Assembly (NCBI GenBank): GCA_965197645.1
Contig: OZ240219.1
Coordinates: 2,112,001 to 2,176,000 of the forward strand
Length of the DNA stretch: 64,000 nt
Reading direction: 5' to 3'
Source: Dehalococcoidia bacterium
GTDB taxonomy: Bacteria > Chloroflexota > Dehalococcoidia > Plut-88900
In this document: positions 39,509 to 46,802 of the stretch, in pieces
Position numbering within the stretch: the stretch's first letter is position 1
Layout: every line of letters begins with the position of its first letter
The notes under the pieces: model-generated
Told to the model about the DNA's origin: nothing
Databases searched by the model: none
Seen by the model: the letters and a program-made list of their open reading frames with translations, nothing else
Made by a program: the position numbers and the translations under genes

Positions 39509-41224
39509 ATGACAAACACATTCGCAGAGCTGCAAGAGAAGGCCCAGACCGGCTGGGACGCCATACTGAAGGCCGATACCACCCAGATCTTCGTCGGTAC
39601 CGCCACCTGTGGCCGTGCCGCCGGCGGACTACAGGTAATCGATGCCCTCCGTCAGGCCCTGTCGGACAGTAGCCTCAATGCCGAGATCTACGAGGTCGGG
39701 TGCAACGGACTCTGCTTCGCAGAGGTTCTGGTAGACATAATCAAAGCGGGTCGTCCGAGGATTTCCTATCGCAACGTCACACCGGACATCGCCCGGCAGC
39801 TGATAGAAGACTACCTGGTCAATGACAATCCCCGTACCGACCTCGCCATGTCCGTCATCGGGGAAGGTTCCGTGGACAGCGTGCCCACCTTCTCAGACCT
39901 GCCCGAGATGAAGTCCCAGGTGCGGGTGGCCATGCGCAACTGCGGACTCATCTCCCCCTTCGACATCGATCATTACCTGGCCAATGGCGGCTACGCCGGC
40001 CTCCACCGCTGCCTCACCGAGCTGACCCCCGAAGAGGTGCTGGAGGAGCTGAAAAAGTCGGGCCTGCGGGGCAGAGGAGGCGCCGCATTCCCCACCTCCC
40101 TGAAGTGGAGCTTCATCGCCAACGCTCCGGGCCCCGTCAAGTACCATCTCTGCAACGCCGAGGAGGGCGACCCGGGCGCCTACAACGACAAGACCCTGCT
40201 GGAAAGCGACCCCCTCACCGTCATCGAAGGGATGACCATTGGGGGATACGCTACCGCTGCCAGCAAGGGCTATATCTTCATCCGTTGCCTCCACTTCGAC
40301 GTGATCAAGCGGGTCCAGTCCGCCCTCGATCAGGCTCGAGAGTACGGCCTGCTCGGTGGTAACATCCTCGGCACTGATTTTAGCTTCGATATCGTCATCT
40401 CTCAGACAGGAGAGTCCTACGTCTCCGGGGAGGAGACAGCCCTCATGGAGTCCATAGAGGGCAAACGCGCCATGCCCCGCTACCGCCCGCCCTTCCCGGC
40501 GCAGGTGGGCCTGTGGGGTAAGCCCAGCAACATCAACAACGTAAAGACCTACGCCTACGTTCCCGAGATTCTGGCCAAGGGCGGAGACTGGTACGCAGGC
40601 ATCGGCACCGAGAAGAGCAAGGGCACAGCCCTCGTTTGCCTGACCGGCAACATCGAGAAACCTCAGCTGGTCGAGGTGCCCTTTGGCCTGACCCTGCGAC
40701 AGGTCATCGACGACATTGCCGGCGGCGTAAGCCCGGGCAAGGAGATCAAGCTTCTGCAGACCGGCGGCCCGCTGGGAGGCTTCCTGGGGGCATCCAAGCT
40801 GGACGTAGCCCTGGACTTCGATGAGATGGCCGCCGCCGGCGCCATCCTCGGTTCCGGGGGCATAATCGTCGGCGATGAGAGCTCTTGCGCCGTCGAGATG
40901 GCTAAAGTACTCGCCGATTTCAACAACGAGGAGTCCTGCGGCAAATGCTTCCCCTGCCGCCTGGGCGCCAAGCACATCCTGGAGGCCCTGGAAAGGATGA
41001 CCCGGGGCGAGGCCAACGACGGTGATGTCGAGAAGCTGCTAGGCCTCAGTGGAACGCTTCTCACCTCGTTGTGCGGGCATGGCCAGCTATCGGTCAACCC
41101 CATCAGGTCGGCGGTCAACTTTTTCAAAGAGGAGCTGGATGCCCATATTCTTGACAAACGGTGTCCCGCCGGCCGTTGCCGGGACCTGGTAGGCCAGGGG
41201 AGCCCTCCCGCAAGTGCAGCGTGA
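39509..41224 (+). CDS. NuoF/HydB-like FMN/NADH-binding subunit with N-terminal thioredoxin-like Fe-S domain
   Basis: GLRGRGG, EGDPG, GEETAL and ESCGKCFPCR motifs; N-terminal TCG...GCNGLC. Confidence 0.9.
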   Translation: MTNTFAELQEKAQTGWDAILKADTTQIFVGTATCGRAAGGLQVIDALRQALSDSSLNAEIYEVGCNGLCFAEVLVDIIKAGRPRISYRNVTPDIARQLIEDYLVNDNPRTDLAMSVIGEGSVDSVPTFSDLPEMKSQVRVAMRNCGLISPFDIDHYLANGGYAGLHRCLTELTPEEVLEELKKSGLRGRGGAAFPTSLKWSFIANAPGPVKYHLCNAEEGDPGAYNDKTLLESDPLTVIEGMTIGGYATAASKGYIFIRCLHFDVIKRVQSALDQAREYGLLGGNILGTDFSFDIVISQTGESYVSGEETALMESIEGKRAMPRYRPPFPAQVGLWGKPSNINNVKTYAYVPEILAKGGDWYAGIGTEKSKGTALVCLTGNIEKPQLVEVPFGLTLRQVIDDIAGGVSPGKEIKLLQTGGPLGGFLGASKLDVALDFDEMAAAGAILGSGGIIVGDESSCAVEMAKVLADFNNEESCGKCFPCRLGAKHILEALERMTRGEANDGDVEKLLGLSGTLLTSLCGHGQLSVNPIRSAVNFFKEELDAHILDKRCPAGRCRDLVGQGSPPASAA

Positions 41225-41286
41225 GGAATTCGCGGTAGCGCTCCGGTACGTACGGCAGCTAAGCAGGGACTAGAACTGAGGACTTC

Positions 41287-43929
41287 GTGGCAGAAGAGAT
41301 TACACTAACCGTAGACGACCGGACAATCAGCGCCCAGAAGGGTCAGACGGTTATCGAGGCGGCCAGGGCGGCGGGCATCTACATCCCCTATCTGTGCTGG
41401 CACCCCACCCTCAAGGCCTTCGGCGCCTGCCGCATGTGCGTCGTCGAGGTCGAAGGCGCACGGGGCACCCCGGCCTCCTGCACCACCGACGCCGCCGACG
41501 GCATGGTGGTCAAGACCAACACCGGGATGATCAACGACATACGCCACGACATCATGGACATGGTCCTCTCCGAGCATCCCCACGGCTGCCTCACCTGCCC
41601 ACGCATCGATCACTGCGGTCCCACTGACATCTGCCTTCGTCACGCTAACGTCGTCGACCGGTGCGTTCTCTGCCCGCAGAACGAGCGTTGTGAGCTCCAG
41701 GACGTGGTCTACCACCTTCAGATGAAGGACTCGGACCTGCCTTACTCCTACCGGCACGTCCCACTCATCACCGAGAACCCTTTTATCGATCACGATATGA
41801 ACCTCTGCATCGTCTGCGGCCGGTGTGTCCGGGCCTGCAACGAGATTGAAGGAGTCGACGCTATCACCTTCATCGAGAGGGGCGACCGGACCCTCATCGG
41901 TACCTCCCTGGGAGGCACTCTCTCCGACTCCGGCTGCACCTTCTGCGGCGTTTGCGTGGATGTTTGCCCCGTTGGCGCCATCACGGAGAAGGACCACAAG
42001 TGGACCGGCGCCCCTGAGCGCTCCGTCACTACCGTTTGCTCCCAGTGCAGCGTCGGCTGTCAGTTGGAGCTGCTGGTAAAGGGCGAAAAAGTGGTCCGCT
42101 CCATCGCCGACATTGATGGGCCCGTCAACCGGGGCCAAAGCTGTGCCAAAGGCAAGTTCGGCTATCTGTTCGTCAACTCCGATCAGCGTCTAACCACTCC
42201 CCTGGTCCGGCGCGACGGGCAGCTCGTCGAGGCCTCCTGGGACGAGGCGCTGGACCTCCTCGCCGAAAAGCTGCCCCAGTACAAGGGGGAGACCTTCGGG
42301 GCCCTGGCCGCTACAACCTCCACCAACGAGGAGAACTATCTCTTCCAGAAGTTCGTCAAGTGGACTATGGACTCGCCCAACCTGGACCACGTCGACAGGT
42401 CAACCGAGTCGGCCAGCATCGAACCGTTGCGCGAGATGTTGGGCGTCCCGGCCATGACCAACAGTTTCACCGAAATGGTCGACGCCAGGTGCCTGCTGGT
42501 CGTCGGTAGCGACATGACCTCCGACCATCCCGTTGCCGCCCTGCAGATCAAGGAAGCGGTCCGCCGTGGCGCCAGCCTCATCGTCGTGGACCCCGTCGAG
42601 ACGGAGCTGGCCCAGCTTGCCACCTCCTGGCTCCGGCCCAGCCCTGGCACCGAGGCGGCTCTGCTCGCCGGAATGATCAAGCACATCATCGACGAAGACC
42701 TCCTGAACAGCGACTTCGTATCCCAGAACTGTGAGGGACTGGACGATCTCAAGTCCTCGCTCAGCGGCTTCTCCCTCGATGAAATCGAGAAAACCACGGG
42801 GGTCTCTACCGACAAGATAACGGATGCTGCCAAGAACTACTCCGACCAAGACCCAGCCGCCATCTTCTACGCTACGACCCACCTGTCCCCCGGCACCGGA
42901 CCCGACGTGGCCAAGGCCTTGGTCAACCTCGCCCTGTTGACCGGCAATCTTGGCAAGCCCGCCTCTGGTGTGAATCCCCTGCGCTCCGATAGCAACAGCC
43001 AGGGCACCGTCGACGTTGGTTGCGTCACCGGTGCTTCAGGCTTGGGCTACTCGCAGATGATGGAGGCCGCTCGAAATGGTCGGGTTAAGGCGATGTATAT
43101 CGTCGGAGACAGCCAGTGTACGGAGTCTCCCATAGACCTCGAAGCCCTCGATAACCTGGAGTTCCTGGTTGTCCAGGACATGTTCCTCACCGAGGCCGCC
43201 AGCCGGGCTCATGTCGTCCTGCCCTCCGCCTCGGCCTCCGAGAAAGACGGGACCTTCACTAACGCCGAGCGGCGAGTCCAACGGGTGAACAGGGCCGTCG
43301 ATCCGCCAGGCGAAGCCCGTTCCGGCCTGCACATCATATGCGACATTGCGGTGCGCCTGGGCGCCATGAGCTACGCCAACCTCGATCCGGCCCAGGTCAT
43401 AGAAGAGATCGCCAACCAGACGCCCTCCTACGCCGGCGTCCGTCACGATCGATTGGGACTGGCAGGTCTTCAAGTCCCCTGCCCATCCATCGACCATCCG
43501 GGTACTCCCATTCTTCACTCCGATGGCATCGCCAGGGGCAAGGGTCTTCTGTCGCCGGTGACCCACACGCCGTCAACCGCCGCTGCCGACTCCGAATACC
43601 CGCTAACTATCATCACGTCGATGATGCGGGAGATCAAGGGCGTGATCGAGCTCAACGGCGAGATAGTAGCAACCCTGCACCCAGAGGACGCCGCGCCTCT
43701 GGGTCTGACGGACGAAGACCAGGTTGAGATCATCACCGCCAGCGGCGCCGTCAGGGCCAAGCCCCGGGTCAGCCCAGACTCCGCCAAGGGGACGGTGTTC
43801 CTCCTCTACCCCCACACCGAGACGCTGGTCCAAACCCTATACAACACTCCCGCCGGCCCTACGTGGGACCCTGCCTCCCTAAACTTCACCGGGGCCAAAG
43901 CCGTCAAACTCTCTCCGGTTCCTGCCTAG
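41287..43929 (+). CDS. NuoG / formate-dehydrogenase-alpha-like Fe-S protein (molybdopterin-fold, apparently without metal ligand)
   Basis: 2Fe-2S (GACRMC), two CxxCxxC ferredoxin motifs, CSQCSVGC...CAKG, EKDGTFTNAERRVQ. Confidence 0.87.
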   Translation: MAEEITLTVDDRTISAQKGQTVIEAARAAGIYIPYLCWHPTLKAFGACRMCVVEVEGARGTPASCTTDAADGMVVKTNTGMINDIRHDIMDMVLSEHPHGCLTCPRIDHCGPTDICLRHANVVDRCVLCPQNERCELQDVVYHLQMKDSDLPYSYRHVPLITENPFIDHDMNLCIVCGRCVRACNEIEGVDAITFIERGDRTLIGTSLGGTLSDSGCTFCGVCVDVCPVGAITEKDHKWTGAPERSVTTVCSQCSVGCQLELLVKGEKVVRSIADIDGPVNRGQSCAKGKFGYLFVNSDQRLTTPLVRRDGQLVEASWDEALDLLAEKLPQYKGETFGALAATTSTNEENYLFQKFVKWTMDSPNLDHVDRSTESASIEPLREMLGVPAMTNSFTEMVDARCLLVVGSDMTSDHPVAALQIKEAVRRGASLIVVDPVETELAQLATSWLRPSPGTEAALLAGMIKHIIDEDLLNSDFVSQNCEGLDDLKSSLSGFSLDEIEKTTGVSTDKITDAAKNYSDQDPAAIFYATTHLSPGTGPDVAKALVNLALLTGNLGKPASGVNPLRSDSNSQGTVDVGCVTGASGLGYSQMMEAARNGRVKAMYIVGDSQCTESPIDLEALDNLEFLVVQDMFLTEAASRAHVVLPSASASEKDGTFTNAERRVQRVNRAVDPPGEARSGLHIICDIAVRLGAMSYANLDPAQVIEEIANQTPSYAGVRHDRLGLAGLQVPCPSIDHPGTPILHSDGIARGKGLLSPVTHTPSTAAADSEYPLTIITSMMREIKGVIELNGEIVATLHPEDAAPLGLTDEDQVEIITASGAVRAKPRVSPDSAKGTVFLLYPHTETLVQTLYNTPAGPTWDPASLNFTGAKAVKLSPVPA

Positions 43930-43933
43930 CTTA

Positions 43934-44078
43934 CTTTCGACCATCCCCCTAACCCCCTTCCTGCCAGGAAGGGGGTAACAGATAGTTTCCGAGGGACACC
44001 CCTTCGGCTGGCTCAGGGCAGACTCCCGGCCTCCGGCAGGCAGTCCCAGAAATACACCTTCGCCTGTCTGCATACCCC
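43934..44078 (-). repeat. Modular intergenic repeat, copy D (inverted)
   Basis: Reverse complement reads GGGGTATGCAGACAGGCGAAG...GCCGGGAGTCTG...GGGTGTCCCTC...CCTGGCAGGAAGGGGGTTAGGGGGATGGTCGAAAG. Confidence 0.85.
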
Positions 44079-44142
44079 ATATGTCTTCAGCCTGCTTTGG
44101 ATGTACTAGACATAAGAGGCAGCAATGTCGATGAAAAGCAGT

Positions 44143-44174
44143 GGGGGCCGTCCTTCCCGGGAAGGACGGCCCCC
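44143..44174. terminator. Perfect 32-bp palindrome between convergent genes; likely terminator
   Basis: GGGGGCCGTCCTTCCCGGGAAGGACGGCCCCC; a short T run follows on the minus strand. Confidence 0.65.
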
Positions 44175-44202
44175 AATCGATTACCCATGAACGAAGGTAA
44201 GG

Positions 44203-45384
44203 CTAGTATGCGCTCCGCTTCGTAATGGGGATCTTCACGTATGGCTGGTTCTTCGACGGGTCGATCGGCCGGCGCTCGATGAACGCCATCCGCCGTTCCT
44301 TGCACTCCTCTTCCGCATTGTAGTTGGGTATGTGCCTCTCCACGGGACCCTGATCGGGGAAGATGAAGTCGTCGTGCTCATTGTAAGAGATCTTCTGCAT
44401 CTGCAGAATCACCGGGCTCACGTTCTTGATGAGGCCGATCCACCGGTCAACCTCGTCCCATAGCTCATCCGGCTCGACGACCTTGTTCACCAGCCCCATC
44501 TGGAACGCCTCTTCGGCCGTATACTGCTGGCACACCATCCATATCTCCCGTGCCCGCTTCTGTCCCACCCGGGCCGCCAGCATCGCTACGCCGTGCCCCG
44601 CAGCCGGGCTTCCTACTCTCGGCCCCGTCTGCCCGAACCGAGACTTGGTCGTCGCTATGGTGTAATCCGCGGTGTAGCCCAGGATGTTTCCAGAGCCGAT
44701 GGCGTAGCCGTCCACCGCGGCGATCACCGGCTGAGGCATCTGCCGCATCACGTCCTCGTATCCAATTTCCGCTGTGCCCGCGTACTCCCCCACCTCCGCG
44801 TCCGGGTCGTAGCTCTGGTCGTTCCCGGTGCAGAAACCGTTGGGCCCCGCGCCGTGGACCACCAGCACGCGGATCGAGCTGTCCTGGGAGCAGTCCCACA
44901 TAGCGTGGGCCATCTGGTCCATGGTGATGCCCCGCTTGGCGTTGTAGGTCTCCGGCCGGTTGATCAACAGCCAGGCCACACCGTCGTCCTTTTCGTAGAC
45001 AATATCCGAGTAGTTGTTGGAATCGAACACCGATGCCTTGTAGCCGCTGAACTTCTGATCGATCATGTCCACGGCGCCGTGGGCCACCTGGATCAGCTCC
45101 GCCGTGGAGTAGTCTCCCTGGACCGGGCCGCTGATGTTGTCGCTGCCCAGTTCAGCATCGATGCCACCCCGAGCCGCCAGCCACCGTGCGTAGCCCCTGG
45201 TGAAGTCGTGCACCGCGGCGCAGGCTCCGTGGGAAAAATCGATCCGCTGGCCCGTGGATGAGTTGTCCACCGTGAGGTTGAAGCCTGCTCGCCCTCCTCC
45301 CGAAGGCGTCTTGAGGCCCAGGTTTAACCGGACGCCCGCCGGTTCGTAGTTGATTCCCGTCTCGAACTGAATTTCGCCTGACAT
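44203..45384 (-). CDS. Crotonase-family enzyme, MenB/BadI-like, with N-terminal extension
   Basis: INRPE..NA, FCTGNDQ, GYAIG, FGQTGPRVGS and KRAREIW motifs; ATG 45384 after GGAGGAG. Confidence 0.82.
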   Translation of the reverse strand: MSGEIQFETGINYEPAGVRLNLGLKTPSGGGRAGFNLTVDNSSTGQRIDFSHGACAAVHDFTRGYARWLAARGGIDAELGSDNISGPVQGDYSTAELIQVAHGAVDMIDQKFSGYKASVFDSNNYSDIVYEKDDGVAWLLINRPETYNAKRGITMDQMAHAMWDCSQDSSIRVLVVHGAGPNGFCTGNDQSYDPDAEVGEYAGTAEIGYEDVMRQMPQPVIAAVDGYAIGSGNILGYTADYTIATTKSRFGQTGPRVGSPAAGHGVAMLAARVGQKRAREIWMVCQQYTAEEAFQMGLVNKVVEPDELWDEVDRWIGLIKNVSPVILQMQKISYNEHDDFIFPDQGPVERHIPNYNAEEECKERRMAFIERRPIDPSKNQPYVKIPITKRSAY

Positions 45385-45540
45385 TGCTCTCCTCCCTAAC
45401 CGTTTAGAGTTGGACCTTGGCAGGCTCGAAACCGTTGCCGAGACCGCCTGATTCGCACTGGATGATACCACGATGCAGATGTGGAAGATAAGCCGATTCG
45501 CCGGTTATAATCATCCCAACTCTCCCGATAGAGGCGTCAC

Positions 45541-46638
45541 ATGGAACGACCCATCTTTAAACCAGTCGGCACCCCGTCTGTACAGCTCGACACACCGGCC
45601 CTCGTGGTCGACCTTGATCTTCTCGACCGGAATATCGGCACAGTCCATTCCTTTTTCGCCGGTCGGGAAGCCAAGCTTCGACCCCACGTCGAGGCCCACC
45701 GATGCCCAACCATCGCCCACCGGCAGCTGGCCGCCGAAGGCACTGCAGGCGGCATTACTGTCAACACGATAGGTCAGGCCGAGCACTTCGCCGGTGCAGG
45801 CTTCCCGGATATCTTCATTGCCAGCCCGGTGGTCACCGGCGCAAAGATCCAACGACTCTGTTCTCTGGCGAATCGTTGCCGGGTCACCGTCGCTGCTGAC
45901 AACCCTCAGAACGTCAACGATCTCTCCGAGGCCGCTTCCCGGGCCGGCGCTACCCTCGACGTACTGGTCGACGTCAACACCCGACTCGATCGTGGCGGCG
46001 TAGAGCCCGGCCAACCCTCCGTTGACCTGGCGTCCTTGGCATCCAAAGCCGAAGGTCTCCACTTCTCGGGACTGACCACCTACGAAGGCACTATCTTCGA
46101 TGATGTGGCCACCGAGACCCGCAAGGCCCTTCAACCTCTCCTTGATACCCGGGAGACGGTGGAAAGGGCCGGACTCGACGTAGAAGTGGTGAGTGCCGGT
46201 GGCACCCACAACTATGAGGTGGTAGGAGACATGTCCGGCATCACCCAGGTCCCCGCCGGCTCCTACGCCCTGCTGGACCAGCGATACCGCTCCTTCCTTC
46301 CCCAGCTTCAGCCCGCCGCCAGGGTGCTGGCCACCGTCACCAGCCGGCCGGAGCCCACCGTCGTTATCACCGATACCGGTCAGAAAGCCATCGGCGCCGA
46401 CGGCGGCGAGCCGGTGGTCGAAGGTCTCCCCGGCGCCACGATAGCCGGCCTCAGCGCTGAGCACGGAAACCTCACCCTAGGCAGCCCCAGCTCCTCCGAG
46501 CCGGACCTGGGTGACAAGCTGTGGTTCGTACCCTGGGATATCGGGACCTGTGCCAACCTCTACGACTACATCCACGTCGTCCGCAATGATAGGCTGGAGG
46601 CCGTCTGGCAAGTCTCCGCCCGCGGCCTCTACATCTAA
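45541..46638 (+). CDS. DSD1 / D-threonine-aldolase-like fold-III PLP protein (degenerate active site)
   Basis: LDTPALVVD, LRPH, R.GV, GGT, GSY and EHG motifs. Confidence 0.85.
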   Translation: MERPIFKPVGTPSVQLDTPALVVDLDLLDRNIGTVHSFFAGREAKLRPHVEAHRCPTIAHRQLAAEGTAGGITVNTIGQAEHFAGAGFPDIFIASPVVTGAKIQRLCSLANRCRVTVAADNPQNVNDLSEAASRAGATLDVLVDVNTRLDRGGVEPGQPSVDLASLASKAEGLHFSGLTTYEGTIFDDVATETRKALQPLLDTRETVERAGLDVEVVSAGGTHNYEVVGDMSGITQVPAGSYALLDQRYRSFLPQLQPAARVLATVTSRPEPTVVITDTGQKAIGADGGEPVVEGLPGATIAGLSAEHGNLTLGSPSSSEPDLGDKLWFVPWDIGTCANLYDYIHVVRNDRLEAVWQVSARGLYI

Positions 46639-46802
46639 GAAACCGATTTCGGGGAGGGGAGTCAGCGGATGCAATCCGGAGTGGGGAATTGACCTGGGGT
46701 GGGCTGGTGTGGAAACCAAACCAAGGAACCAAACCCGAACGGCAGTGAAAGCCCTTTGCGCCATCGGGCTCCTCCGGTAAAATGGTTGGCAAGGAGGCCC
46801 TC

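Noticed and set aside
41287-43929. Selenocysteine- or cysteine-dependent formate dehydrogenase
   Set aside because: No in-frame TGA and no Cys-His at the expected ligand position.
5762-44078. CRISPR array
   Set aside because: The repeats are dispersed and modular, without regular spacers, and no cas genes are present.
44203-45384. Calling the crotonase menB
   Set aside because: Divergent oxyanion motifs, an extra domain and no menaquinone gene context.
46782-46802. ATG 46782 as the mutS start
   Set aside because: It overlaps a TAAAAT -10 box; the in-frame GTG 46803 has an AAGGAGG RBS.
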